The notes under the pieces are model-generated. The model searched no databases, had not been told where the DNA came from, and was given only the letters and a program-made list of their open reading frames with translations. A DNA stretch of 62,769 nt from an uncultured Enterobacteriaceae bacterium (GTDB lineage: Bacteria; Myxococcota_A; UBA9042), in contig CAYHHL010000009.1 of NCBI GenBank assembly GCA_964356325.1, positions 1 to 62,769 on the forward strand, read 5' to 3'. Of the stretch, positions 18,467-28,868 are shown one piece after another. Each line of letters starts with the position of its first letter. Within the stretch, counting starts at the first letter, position 1. A program made the translations under genes and the position numbers.

Positions 18467-20719
18467 CTACTTCGGGCAGGCGAAATTCGTGGCGGTGTAA
18501 TCGAATTTGTACTTGTGAACCAGCAGGTTGCCCGAGGCGTCGGCCCCTGCGCAGGGTTCGAGCTTGTTCGGGTTCCACGCCACGCGCTGCGCACACCAGA
18601 AGTCGCCGGTCACCATCGCCGGGCCGATCTTGTCGAACACCGGCACAGGCTGATTGTCCAGGTAGATGCGCACGCGTGGCGTCGAACTGCCGAAACCATT
18701 GTCATTCCAATCATGTACGCCGACGAAATACAGCGCCCCGGGTTCCGGCACGTGGATGTTGGTGTTTTCCGGGCCCCAACCGTCCTTGTCGTCCAGGTCC
18801 AAGCGCGGATCATCGTCGGTCGAACTGTCGCCCCACGGCGGCTTGGCGTTGAGCAGGTAGCAGTCCCAGCACGGCGTAAACCATGGATCTAGCGGACCAT
18901 TGGTGAATTTCGCTGGCTTGGTCACGGTCATCGCATTCGGGTGGGCGAAGTGCAGATCGAAATCCGAGCCGATGAACTTGCCGTCCTTCTTGCCCGAGTC
19001 CTTGTCGCCTACATCAGTGGGATCCTTATCGTTTGGCGTGTCCCAGGTCAGCTCGATGTGCAGCTTGTCGTCCGGCACCACCGTCACGTCCAGCAGCACC
19101 GGCGCGCATGCCGGCGTGCCCGCGTCGTCGGTCACGTCCATGCGGATTTTGTAGGTCCCCGCGGCATTCAGCGCGATCGCCGCCACCGCTACAGGACCCG
19201 CGGCCGGTTTGGTCAACTGCGCGGCGGGCGAGAAGACCGCATAGGATCCAGAAGGTTGCTTCAGCATCGTATACTTGAAGGTCTTCAGCACGTGGCCAGT
19301 CGGCGCGGTCGAGCAGTTGCCGTCCAGCAGCAAGGTCGTCTGCGGAATCACCGGATCGCCCTGCTTGTACGTCGTGATAGGCACCCCTTTGGGATCGTTG
19401 GCCTTCACCTTGACGCACGCCACCGGGCAACTCGCCTGCGTGCCCGAGCCGTGCAAGGCGATCTTCTTGGAGCCGCCGTTGCTCTCGATCGCCAGCGTCG
19501 CCTTGGCGTCGGCGGTCACCTGCGGCGGATTGTAGGTCACGAACAGGGAACACTTCGGATTGACGTCCAAATCCAATGTCAAAGGCGCTGCCGGCGCCGG
19601 AGCCTTGCAACTGCCGGAGAAATCCAGGGCAAAACCTGCATCACCACCAGCCTCTAGCGCGATCGTCGCCAGGTTCAAGGTCTCCGTGCCGCAATTGATC
19701 AGCTGTACTTCCTTGGACACCGGCACGCCCACTGGCGAGGCTCCGAAATCCATGGGGTTCGAAGCCGGCTCGATCAGCAGGCACGGCCCGGTCGTGTTGA
19801 CGCGGAACTGCACGTCGGTCACCGGCAGCGCCGGGTCGTTGCTGTGCAAGCGCAGCGTCGCGCTCATCTTCGTGGTCGCCGTCAGCTTGGCCAGTTGCGC
19901 AAACAGAAGGAGCGTCTCGCCTTTCTCGATCGACACCCCTGGCGTGCCCTGGTAGGCCAGCCCCGGCTTGGCGATCTGGCCGCCCAGCGTCACGGTCAGC
20001 GGCATCCCGGATTCCGTCAGCACTTCGGCCTCGTCGATGTAAAGCGTGTCCGTGCCGACGTTGCTGCATGACACAGTCGCGCTGGCGTCTTGACCCAGCG
20101 GTACCTGCAGGAAATCATGCAAGGTCTTGGAGCACTTCAGGCTCGGCACGCCCTGCTCGGTCAAGATGACGAGGTCGCGCGTCGCCGTCGCGTAGAGCGG
20201 ATCTCCCGACACCGCCAGAGAAATCTTCACCCGCCGCTTCACCGCCGTCGCCGGTTGCGTGAACCGCACGGTGAAGCTCGTCGCCTGCGTGTTGCCGGCA
20301 CCGCCGCAGCTCTTGTCCAGACCGGCCGGCACGATCGGCGGCCACGTACTCTCCGCGCAAGGCTTGCCGTCGGGGCCCAGGCAGGTGAACACCGGCGCTG
20401 CCACCGCCTTGCCTTCCAGGTCCGTCTCCTGCAATTGCACGGACTTGACCAGCAGCGCCCTGGCCGTCGTCAAATTCGCGGTGTTGCCGATCTGGAACTT
20501 GTAGTCTTTCTTCCCGCCAGCCTGAAAATTCGAAACATCGAGCGAATACTGATCCTTGGCAGTCGCGCCCGTCTCATCGCGCAGGTCCAAGGTCGCCTTC
20601 AGGTCCAGGTGGGCCGGATCCGGGCAGTTGGCCGACGTCGAGCCCGGCCCGCTAGGATCGCTCGAACATCCGGCCAGGGCCATCAGCGCCACGACGTATA
20701 ACAGCATGAAATAACGCAT
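18467..20719 (-). CDS. Lipoprotein with Ig/ASH-like (choice-of-anchor D) repeats, PKD-like domain and YfaP/DUF2135-like C-terminal domain (paralog A)
   Basis: Lipobox LAGC; repeats such as DFLQVPLG..ATVSCSNVG and MDFGASPVG..VQLINCG; tip LHIELTWDTP..DFDLHFAHP..LDLDDKDGWGPEN..YFVGVH. Confidence 0.8.
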   Translation of the reverse strand: MRYFMLLYVVALMALAGCSSDPSGPGSTSANCPDPAHLDLKATLDLRDETGATAKDQYSLDVSNFQAGGKKDYKFQIGNTANLTTARALLVKSVQLQETDLEGKAVAAPVFTCLGPDGKPCAESTWPPIVPAGLDKSCGGAGNTQATSFTVRFTQPATAVKRRVKISLAVSGDPLYATATRDLVILTEQGVPSLKCSKTLHDFLQVPLGQDASATVSCSNVGTDTLYIDEAEVLTESGMPLTVTLGGQIAKPGLAYQGTPGVSIEKGETLLLFAQLAKLTATTKMSATLRLHSNDPALPVTDVQFRVNTTGPCLLIEPASNPMDFGASPVGVPVSKEVQLINCGTETLNLATIALEAGGDAGFALDFSGSCKAPAPAAPLTLDLDVNPKCSLFVTYNPPQVTADAKATLAIESNGGSKKIALHGSGTQASCPVACVKVKANDPKGVPITTYKQGDPVIPQTTLLLDGNCSTAPTGHVLKTFKYTMLKQPSGSYAVFSPAAQLTKPAAGPVAVAAIALNAAGTYKIRMDVTDDAGTPACAPVLLDVTVVPDDKLHIELTWDTPNDKDPTDVGDKDSGKKDGKFIGSDFDLHFAHPNAMTVTKPAKFTNGPLDPWFTPCWDCYLLNAKPPWGDSSTDDDPRLDLDDKDGWGPENTNIHVPEPGALYFVGVHDWNDNGFGSSTPRVRIYLDNQPVPVFDKIGPAMVTGDFWCAQRVAWNPNKLEPCAGADASGNLLVHKYKFDYTATNFACPK

Positions 20720-20808
20720 GGTTTGTCACCGCATCTCGAGCCGCGAGGGCCGCAGCCGGGCCGGGGGGTACTGACGACAGGGCGAGGCGAACCGGCGCAG
20801 AAGCGTCA

Positions 20809-23262
20809 CTACTTCGCGAGCTTGCAGCGGCCGTTGAGCGACGTGGCGAGCTTGCTGCCGTACTTGGGCGTGATCTTGCCGCTGGAACCGTTCTTGAGGT
20901 TGGCGCCGGGCACGTCGAGCAGGTCGCCGCTCGGCCAGTCGATTTGCGAAACCCACCACATGTCGCACTCGTGCATCAGTTGCATGACCGAGGCCTTTTG
21001 CATGCCCAGGATGTAGATGTTCACCGTCGCGGTCGAGTCGCCGTAGTTGTGCGCGTCCCAATAGTGCACGCCGACAGAGTATTTCGTGCTGTTCTCGGGC
21101 GTGGCCAGATTCAGGTTCTCCGGGCCGGCGCCGTCGGTGTCGTCCAGATCCAGGCCCGGATCGTCGGCGTTCAGCGTCAGGCTGCCCCACTTCGGGTTGG
21201 CGTTGAACCAGTAGCAGTCAAACGTCGCCTCGAACCACGGGTCGCCCGCGCCGTCCAAATCGAGGTCCGGCTGGCACGCGCACGGCTTGCCATTCGGACA
21301 CAACTCAGCGGGAGTCTTGCAGGTCTTGCCCGCCGTCGCGCTCGGGTGGGTGAAGTGCAGGTCCAGATCCGAGCCGGCGTCGTTGCCGCTGTCTTTCTTG
21401 TCGGTGTCCAGCGGCGTGTCCCACAGCAATTCGATGTGGATGCCGGTGTCCGGCACGACGTTGATGGTCACGGTCGCGGAGTTGCACGATGGGTTGTTGG
21501 CGTCGTCCCACACGCTCAGCTTGAACGTATATTCGCCGGCGACGTTGGCCTGCACGTACAGCTTGCTGTCGGCCTTGTGGTAGGTCGGGATGCCGAACAC
21601 GACGTCCGCGGCCTTGGCCTCGGGCGCCAGCGTCGGGCAGGTGCCGTCGGACTTGCAGGGGGCCACCGCGTACGTCTGCGGATAGAACAGGTAGCCGTCC
21701 GTGCCCGCCGGCTGCTTCAGGACCTCCCACTTCCACTTGGTGACCGCGTACGGCTCCAGCGCCACGCTACCGCTGCCTTTCAGCATGATCTGGCCCTGCG
21801 GCACGATTTCCTCGCTCTCGGTGCCGATGATCGCGGTCGGGCACGCGACGTTGGTGCCCTGGCACAGCAACGCCACGGTCTTGGCCGGGTCGATGGTGTT
21901 GTCCGCCACCGCAATCTGCGCTGTGTAGGGCTGCGCCTTGCCCGCCGGGTCCTTGTTCTCGCTGACCGGCGTGCAGGTCACCAGCACGTCCACCGTGTCG
22001 TTCTTGCCGATCTTCAGCGGGTTATCCTTGCCGATCGGCTTGCCGCCCAGTGCCGTGATCGCGCCCACCTTGAAGACATCGCCGGTGTCCTTCAGCAGAT
22101 CCAGCCCCGTCACTTCGACTTCTTCGGTGCCGCAACTGCTCAAGGCCAGCTTCTTCTTGTTGGCGCCGCCCAGCACGACGTTGCCGAAGTTCAGCGTCGG
22201 GTAGGGCTGCACCTTCAAGCACGGCACGTTCTTGTTCGCCAGCAATTGCACGGTAGTCGGCGAATTCGCATCGTTGGAGAAGATCTTCATCGTGGTCGCG
22301 TGCACCGCGCCGTCCAAGGCGGTGAACTTGACCTTCAGGGCCTGGCCCGCGCTCTTGGCCAACGTCAGCGGTGGCTCGAACTTGGCGATCGTGCCGCCCT
22401 TCCACGTATTCTCGCCGACTTGCAGTTCAAAGGCCTTGCTGTCGTTCGGCGCGAAGTCGATCTGGGTGATCAGCAGAGGCGCGTCGCCCACGTTCAGCGC
22501 GGTGACTTTGTCCGGTGCGGAAGCTCCGAGCTTGACCGTGCCGAAGTCCAACTGCTGAGGCGACACCGTGATCTTGGGCTGGCCGACGCCGGTCGCCAAG
22601 AACAACGTCGTGCTGCCCGCGGTCTTGGCGTCGTCCAGCAGGTAGTCGATCCGCAGGGTTGCGGCGCGCGCCACGTTGTCCGCCGGCTTGTTGAAGCGCA
22701 CGAAGATCTCGGTCTGCGTGTGCGCCTTGTCCCCGGCCTTGGCGCATTCGTAGTCGGGCGGCACCACCAGGCCGAAGTCGTAGCCGGCGCAGGACGCCCG
22801 CTTGTCGCCGCCCAAGCCCACCAGGCACTCGAACCCGGGCTTGTCGCCGTCCTGCGCGGGCAAGGCGGGCACCGTGTACTTGACTTCGACTTTGGTAATG
22901 CGCAGTTCGCTCGCGGTGGCCGGCGAAGCATTGTTGGTGACGATGAAGCGGGTGTCCTGGAATTGGCCGGTACTCAAGGAGCTGACCGAAATCTTGACGA
23001 CTTCGTTGTTCTCGACCGGGCTGCCCGATTCGTTCAGCACGCCGACCACGGCTTTGTAGTCGAGACCCTTGACCTTTTCGTGGCCACAGCTCAGCGCGCT
23101 GGGCGTGCCGGTGCTGGTGTCGCCGCCCGTCGAACCCGCGTCCTTGCCGTCGTCGGCTGGCGTGCTGCACGCGATCGCCGCGATCGTGGCCAGACCGAGC
23201 GCGCCGCGGAGCACCAGGCCTCTGACGAAAGTGCGCGTCTGCTTGAAGGAAACTCGGTCCAC
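20809..23262 (-). CDS. Ig/ASH-repeat lipoprotein with DUF2135-like tip (paralog B)
   Basis: GTG 23262 after GGAGG; lipobox AIAC; LDFGTV..TALNVG and LNFGNV..LSSCG repeats; tip IHIELLWDTP..DLDLHFTHP..LDLDDTDGAGPEN..YSVGVHYW. Confidence 0.8.
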   Translation of the reverse strand: MDRVSFKQTRTFVRGLVLRGALGLATIAAIACSTPADDGKDAGSTGGDTSTGTPSALSCGHEKVKGLDYKAVVGVLNESGSPVENNEVVKISVSSLSTGQFQDTRFIVTNNASPATASELRITKVEVKYTVPALPAQDGDKPGFECLVGLGGDKRASCAGYDFGLVVPPDYECAKAGDKAHTQTEIFVRFNKPADNVARAATLRIDYLLDDAKTAGSTTLFLATGVGQPKITVSPQQLDFGTVKLGASAPDKVTALNVGDAPLLITQIDFAPNDSKAFELQVGENTWKGGTIAKFEPPLTLAKSAGQALKVKFTALDGAVHATTMKIFSNDANSPTTVQLLANKNVPCLKVQPYPTLNFGNVVLGGANKKKLALSSCGTEEVEVTGLDLLKDTGDVFKVGAITALGGKPIGKDNPLKIGKNDTVDVLVTCTPVSENKDPAGKAQPYTAQIAVADNTIDPAKTVALLCQGTNVACPTAIIGTESEEIVPQGQIMLKGSGSVALEPYAVTKWKWEVLKQPAGTDGYLFYPQTYAVAPCKSDGTCPTLAPEAKAADVVFGIPTYHKADSKLYVQANVAGEYTFKLSVWDDANNPSCNSATVTINVVPDTGIHIELLWDTPLDTDKKDSGNDAGSDLDLHFTHPSATAGKTCKTPAELCPNGKPCACQPDLDLDGAGDPWFEATFDCYWFNANPKWGSLTLNADDPGLDLDDTDGAGPENLNLATPENSTKYSVGVHYWDAHNYGDSTATVNIYILGMQKASVMQLMHECDMWWVSQIDWPSGDLLDVPGANLKNGSSGKITPKYGSKLATSLNGRCKLAK

Positions 23263-23383
23263 AATTGCCTCCAGGCCAACTTCCGCGACCGTCCGAAGTG
23301 CCCGGCCGGTGCAAGGACCAGCGGCCGACATCGGTAGGGCACGTGGTCGGCAAGGCCGGCGGCTCTTCAGAACCTCTCGCGCA

Positions 23384-25759
23384 CTACTTCTTCTTGCAAC
23401 TGCCGATCTGCGCCGCGCCGCCCGCAGCCGCGATGAACAGCTCGTTCACGTAGCACTTGGTGATGCACCAGTCGCCGACCGGCTTCCACATCTTGCCGGC
23501 CTTCGGGTTGTTCGGGTCCGACAGGCCGAGGCAGGCGTCGCCGCTCTGGTAGCACATCGAGATCGGCGGCAGCGGTCCGCTGGTCAACTGGTTGGGCCAG
23601 TTGATCTTGCCGACGTACCACATGTCCAGCGGGTCCATCTTGATCTTGTCGACCTTCAGCGTGACCACGCCCTGCAAGAATACCGTCACCGTGGCGTACG
23701 ACGGGCCGAAACCGTGGTCGTTCCAGTAATGTACGCCCACCGAGTAGGCGTTCGGGTCCTTGGCGTTGCCCTCGGGCGAGGCGAGGTTCAAGTTCTCCGG
23801 GCCGGCGCCGTCGGTGTCGTCCAGGTCCAGGCTGGGATCGTCGCCCGCGCCCGCGTCCGCGCTGCCCCAACCCGGGTTGGAGTTGAACCAGAAGCAGTCG
23901 AACGGATTGGAGAACCACGGGTCGCCATTGCCGTCGCAGTCGATGTCCGGTCCGGACGCCAGGGCATGCGCGAAGTGGAGGTCCATGTCGGCGCCGGCCA
24001 TCGGTCCCGTGTCGTTCTGGTCCGGGTCGCCCGGGGTGTCCCAGAGCAATTCCACGTGGATGGCGTTGTTCGGCACCACGTTGACCTTCACGCACGCCGG
24101 ATCGCAGGACTTCACGTCGTTGCCGTCCCACACTTCCAGGCAGAACTCGTACTCGCCCGCGGCGTCAGCGGTCAACGTCGGATTCGGGAAGGAGAAGTTC
24201 GGCGACAAAGGCTTGTTCGAGCCCGGCGGCTGCTTGACCGTCCACTTGTACTTCTTGATCGTGCCGTTCGGCGCCACCGAGCCGTCGCCCTTGAGGTGAA
24301 GCGGCGTCTGCGGCACGACTTCCTCGCCTTCCTTGACCGAAACCTTGGCCTGCGGGCACGTCTGGTTCACGCCGATGCCTTCGACGATCACGGTCTTGGC
24401 GTTGAACGCGTTGGACGTGAACTTGATGACGCCGACATCGGGCTTGGGCGCCTTGGTCACGGGGTCTTCGGGCGTGATGTCCGACGGCGAGTACTTCACC
24501 GTCACGGGCACCGAGGCATTCTTGGGGATGATCAGGTACTTGACCTTGGACGGCCCCAGCGGATCCAAATTGGAGTTCTTGGCGTCGAGCTTGCCGCCTT
24601 CCTTGATGGTCTTGGTGTAATCGAACGAGAACTCGTCGGACGTGGTGCCCTCGACGAATTCGATCGAGTAGATTTCGAGATCCGCCGTGCCGCAGTTCTT
24701 GGCGATGAGGTCCTTGGTCGAAAACGCGCCGGCCAGCACGCCGCCGAACGGCAGCTTGATGGCGGGCAGCAACTCGAGGCACGGCACCGCCGAATTCGCT
24801 TGCAGTGGCACAGCGATGCTCGCGGCTGACTTGTCGTTGGACCACACGGTGATGGTGCCCTGCTTGGGCTTGTCGTCCTTGGGCGCGAACGTCACGGTGA
24901 TCTTCTTCTGGCCGCCCGCTTCGATGTCCAGGGTAGGTTCGAACTTCACCATCGCGCCGCCCTTGTGGACGATCGCATCCGGATCGCCGTCGACGACCAG
25001 CGAGAAGACGTCGCCCGCGAAGTCGAACTTGCTGATACTCAGCGTAGCGTTGCCGACGTTGGAGATGGTCAGGGACCGGGGCTCGGTCTTGCCGGCCTGC
25101 ACCAGCGGCCATTCCAGCTTGCCGGGCTGGATGTTGGCCTTGGGCTGGCCCTGCACGGTCGTGAAGTTGACGACGAATTCGGCGACTTGGGCGTTGCGCA
25201 CCTTGATGTGCAGCTTGGCGGTCCGGTTGATGCTGTCGAAGCGGGTGTAGCGGATCCGCAAGTTCACCGCGGAAGTGCGCTTCTGCGCGGGGTTCTCCAG
25301 ACCGCCTGGGACGATCTTCATCCAGGATGCCGCCGGGATGTCAGAGCACTTGGTGGTGCCGTCGTCGGCGTAGCATTGGAACGCGACGTTGCCGGTGTCC
25401 TTGTCTTCTTCGGGCGAAGCGACGTCGTAGTCGAGTTGGACGCCCTCGATGATCAGGTCGGCCGCGGCCAGCATGTTGGCGGTGTTGTTGATCGTGAAGA
25501 TCGTATCCGACGAGCCGCCCTGGGCGATGGTGCCCACCTGGATCGGCACCGATGCGTTGCTGGTGATCGGCGAAGTGCCGTCGCGGATGACTTCGATCTT
25601 GGCCTTGCAGTCGATCTGGTTGCCGGCCTGGATGCAAGTGGCTGATCCTCCGCCGGTCCCGGTCGGAACGGTCCCGCCGGGTCCGTTCGGGTCGGTGGAA
25701 CAGCCCGCAATGGCGACGAGGCCTGCGAGAACGAAGGCGAATGGGGCGAAACGAGACAT
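23384..25759 (-). CDS. Ig/ASH-repeat lipoprotein with DUF2135-like tip (paralog C)
   Basis: Lipobox IAGC; repeats with ISNVG and AKNCG; tip IHVELLWDTP..DMDLHFAH..LDLDDTDGAGPEN..YSVGVHYW. Confidence 0.8.
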   Translation of the reverse strand: MSRFAPFAFVLAGLVAIAGCSTDPNGPGGTVPTGTGGGSATCIQAGNQIDCKAKIEVIRDGTSPITSNASVPIQVGTIAQGGSSDTIFTINNTANMLAAADLIIEGVQLDYDVASPEEDKDTGNVAFQCYADDGTTKCSDIPAASWMKIVPGGLENPAQKRTSAVNLRIRYTRFDSINRTAKLHIKVRNAQVAEFVVNFTTVQGQPKANIQPGKLEWPLVQAGKTEPRSLTISNVGNATLSISKFDFAGDVFSLVVDGDPDAIVHKGGAMVKFEPTLDIEAGGQKKITVTFAPKDDKPKQGTITVWSNDKSAASIAVPLQANSAVPCLELLPAIKLPFGGVLAGAFSTKDLIAKNCGTADLEIYSIEFVEGTTSDEFSFDYTKTIKEGGKLDAKNSNLDPLGPSKVKYLIIPKNASVPVTVKYSPSDITPEDPVTKAPKPDVGVIKFTSNAFNAKTVIVEGIGVNQTCPQAKVSVKEGEEVVPQTPLHLKGDGSVAPNGTIKKYKWTVKQPPGSNKPLSPNFSFPNPTLTADAAGEYEFCLEVWDGNDVKSCDPACVKVNVVPNNAIHVELLWDTPGDPDQNDTGPMAGADMDLHFAHALASGPDIDCDGNGDPWFSNPFDCFWFNSNPGWGSADAGAGDDPSLDLDDTDGAGPENLNLASPEGNAKDPNAYSVGVHYWNDHGFGPSYATVTVFLQGVVTLKVDKIKMDPLDMWYVGKINWPNQLTSGPLPPISMCYQSGDACLGLSDPNNPKAGKMWKPVGDWCITKCYVNELFIAAAGGAAQIGSCKKK

Positions 25760-26103
25760 GGCGATTCGTCCTTGGCTGAAATGAACTGACCGTCCCGCGC
25801 GACAACTACCGGCCCAGGCGGGCGATGCTCATCGGACGGAAGCGATGAACTGTAGAGTCCGCCGCCGATAGCGTCAACCGCGACTTGATGCCAGCCTCCG
25901 GCAAGCGGGTCGCGCGGGACCAGCGCACCCCAATCCGTCGACGGCGCCCTTGACTTGCTGGGACAGGGGCGGAAACATTCTGCCCCTTCCGAGTTGCGCG
26001 TGGGCGCTGGCACGGAGACCTCAGTTCAGGCAATCGGCCGCGAAAGCCTGCTCCCCGGCGCCTTCTTCTCCCTGGTTTTCCCCGTCGTTCCAAGAGGATA
26101 GTC

Positions 26104-27972
26104 ATGCTACATCAGCGCAGAGTGTTGTGGACGCCAACGGCCTTGATCGGGAGCACCCTCGGTCTGACCTGGCTCCTGACCGGCGGCCTGGTGTCGTGCG
26201 ATTCGACCGCGAAATTCAGTTTGCCGGACACGAAGTTCTTTCAGGTCCAGGTGGTCACGGCATTTCCGGCCCACATTTCGGACGACAACAAGACGGTGAC
26301 GCGCGTTTGTGGCGCCCCACTTCCGGAGTTAGACGGCGCGGAGCCCGAAATCGTGCCGGAAGCGAATGGCTTCGAATTGACCGTCAACCTCGCCTCGACC
26401 GGGCTGTCCAAGCCAGGATGCGAAGGAGAGAAGGACCTCGCGATCAAGGAAGGCGATCTGATCGAGCTGACCGAGGTGACCTCGCTGGCGCCCGGCGCGA
26501 CGATCGGCCCGCAGAACTTCACGATGAACATCGATTGCATGGACGAACGCGTTTCGGGGTCCGCTGACTGCAAGACGTCGCTGAACGGTCCGTTGGTCGC
26601 GAGCGCGCTACACTACAAGGCGCTGAGCAACCGCTGCGACAAGAAGAATCCCGATACGTTCGTCAACGTTGCACTGATCATCGATCACAGCGGCTCGACC
26701 AGTGGCCTGGTGGACGCCAACACCAAGCTCGAAGATTCACCGAGCACCGTCGTGTCGGGCAGCACCAAGGAGACGACTTCGGACTTCTACAATGCGCGGG
26801 TTTTTGCAGCCGGGAACTTCATCGACAGTCTGAACAGCTACGATCGCGCGATCGGCTACTTCTTCGACGAGTTGATCGGTGTTGGCGTGGCGGCGTCGAA
26901 CGCGTTCATCTGCAGCGGTACTGAAAAGAAATGCAATGGCGTGAACGACACTAGCACGTGTGGCGCGGGCAGCCAGTGTGCGCCCGACCCGACCGGGGCC
27001 ACGGACGATTACAACACGTTGCCCATCGACGAACAGCAGATCAAGGCGTTCGGGCCGATGCGTACGGACAAGCAGTACCGCCGCGAACTCGAGCTCGGCA
27101 TCTTACAAAAGGCCAAGCTCCAGGGCCTAGGGCGCGCGCCGATCTGGCAGGCCATCGACACGGCCGTGTCGTTCCTGTCCGACCCCGCGCGCAACATCGT
27201 CAAGAACAACAAGCACGTCGTCATCGTCGTCGACGGTCCCGACACCTGCACCGAAAGCGAGAACTACTTCAACTACAAGGACCTCTCGGGGATCAAGAGC
27301 ATCTGCCGCAAGCCTTGCCCGCTGGCGACCATCCAATACGTCGCCCTGCTCAAGAAGTTGCGCGAACTGGATGCCGCCAACAACCACGTCACCGTGGACG
27401 TCGTGCAATTCCAATCCGTGGCCAAGGAGTACAACCAGCCGGATCCGCGCTTGATGGAGATCGCCTGCCGCACCGGCGGTACCTACCAGTTCATCAACAC
27501 CTCGGATTTCAACCGCTCGGACCCGTCGCCGTGGACCAAGTCGCTGAGCCAAGCCTTGGTGCGCGTGCGCAATTCGCTGGCCGGCAGTTGGCGTCCGGCG
27601 TTCCGGCACGGCTCGATGTCCAACGGCGACGTCCCCGTCGGCAAGATGCAGGCCATCAAGGGCTCGCTCGCGTTCCAGAACGGCAGGTTCCCGAGCCTCG
27701 CCTCGACCTACGAGAACTCGGACACGTGGCGCTTCGGTTACAGCGCCGGCGCCACCGAGGATCGCCGCTTGCTGTTCCGCAAAGCCTGCGTCAAGTCAGC
27801 GGATTGCGGCGGCAACGACCTTTGCGGCGCGAAGCATTGCACCGCGGCGGGCATGTGCGAGGACGGCCCGACGCGCGACGGCCTGCCGTGCGGTGACGGC
27901 GGCAGCAACAGCAAGCGATGCTGTGCCGGCGTCTGCGCGCAGGGCGAATGCGCGGCGGCGTGCAAGCTATAA
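26104..27972 (+). CDS. CglB-like von Willebrand A domain lipoprotein (candidate gliding adhesin)
   Basis: Lipobox LVSC; IIDHSGS (DxSxS), VVDG, VDVVQF; Cys-rich inserts and tail; directly upstream of glt-like barrels. Orthology with CglB is not proven. Confidence 0.65.
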   Translation: MLHQRRVLWTPTALIGSTLGLTWLLTGGLVSCDSTAKFSLPDTKFFQVQVVTAFPAHISDDNKTVTRVCGAPLPELDGAEPEIVPEANGFELTVNLASTGLSKPGCEGEKDLAIKEGDLIELTEVTSLAPGATIGPQNFTMNIDCMDERVSGSADCKTSLNGPLVASALHYKALSNRCDKKNPDTFVNVALIIDHSGSTSGLVDANTKLEDSPSTVVSGSTKETTSDFYNARVFAAGNFIDSLNSYDRAIGYFFDELIGVGVAASNAFICSGTEKKCNGVNDTSTCGAGSQCAPDPTGATDDYNTLPIDEQQIKAFGPMRTDKQYRRELELGILQKAKLQGLGRAPIWQAIDTAVSFLSDPARNIVKNNKHVVIVVDGPDTCTESENYFNYKDLSGIKSICRKPCPLATIQYVALLKKLRELDAANNHVTVDVVQFQSVAKEYNQPDPRLMEIACRTGGTYQFINTSDFNRSDPSPWTKSLSQALVRVRNSLAGSWRPAFRHGSMSNGDVPVGKMQAIKGSLAFQNGRFPSLASTYENSDTWRFGYSAGATEDRRLLFRKACVKSADCGGNDLCGAKHCTAAGMCEDGPTRDGLPCGDGGSNSKRCCAGVCAQGECAAACKL

Positions 27973-28031
27973 CGCCTGGAATGAACATCACAATGCCAAG
28001 TGCGACGATCGAGAACCTACTCGGAGGAATC

Positions 28032-28799
28032 ATGACCTGTGCACGCAACCCGGCCGGCCCTGGATCATGGGGCACTCGCAAGGCAAGCGCCCTGGCGCTG
28101 GTTGCCCTGGCGCTGGCCCTGGGGACGAGCCTGGCGGCGACTCCGGCCCACGCCGACGAGTTGATCGACAAGGAACTCGCGAAGTATTGGAATGTCGAGC
28201 AGGCTGTGCCATCGCTGCAAAATCCGTTGTACGAACGCAAGGGTGGCTTCGAGGGCTCGGTGCACTTCGGCGTGGTGCCCAACGATTCGTTTTACCTGCC
28301 GTACCCGATCGGCGGGCGGTTGGCCTATTTCATGACCGACACGCTGTCGCTGGAAGCTGGCTTCTCGTACCTGCTCGGCGGCAAGAGCGCCCTGGAAACA
28401 TTTCTGGAATGCGCCGGCAAGTCCGGAGACAAGTGCGCCAACCTGACGGACAACACGATCAAGCCGCCGCGCATGACCATGCTGACCTCGTTGGACGTGG
28501 CGTGGGTGCCGCTGCACGGCAAGGTCGGCATCTTCACCTCCAAGCTGAGCAACTTCGACCTGGGCATCGCCGGCGGATTCGGCATGGTGCAAGCGGACAT
28601 CGACACCTCGACCGGGCGCCCGTACGGCAAGGTCGAATCGCAGTTCAAGCCGGCAGGCCATTGGGGCGCGGGATTTCGCGTCTACCTGTCGCGGATGATC
28701 AACTTGCGTGTCGATTACAAGCAGTTCGCCTACAAGCCGGGCAATGCCTGGCTGGCTCCGGTCGAGTTCACCCTCGGCCTGGCCTTCCTGACGAAGTGA
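28032..28799 (+). CDS. gltB: Outer-membrane beta-barrel, GltB/GltA-like (first copy)
   Basis: ATG 28032 after GGAGG; signal peptide (PAHA|D); LQNPLYERKG, GVVPNDSF, LHGKVGIF; ends FTLGLAFL. Symbol assigned by the order gltB-gltA-gltC only. Confidence 0.65.
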   Translation: MTCARNPAGPGSWGTRKASALALVALALALGTSLAATPAHADELIDKELAKYWNVEQAVPSLQNPLYERKGGFEGSVHFGVVPNDSFYLPYPIGGRLAYFMTDTLSLEAGFSYLLGGKSALETFLECAGKSGDKCANLTDNTIKPPRMTMLTSLDVAWVPLHGKVGIFTSKLSNFDLGIAGGFGMVQADIDTSTGRPYGKVESQFKPAGHWGAGFRVYLSRMINLRVDYKQFAYKPGNAWLAPVEFTLGLAFLTK

Positions 28800-28868
28800 T
28801 CCCCTTGTGCCTGGCCGCGCGCTGCCCCCGGCCGGCACTCGCGGTGCCATCGTGAACGAATCGAGGAC

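Noticed and set aside
25950-26016. Promoter-like TTGACT and TGGCACG in the divergent region before the CglB-like gene
   Set aside because: No acceptable -10 at 16-18 bp from TTGACT, and no GC at the -12 position after TGGCACG.
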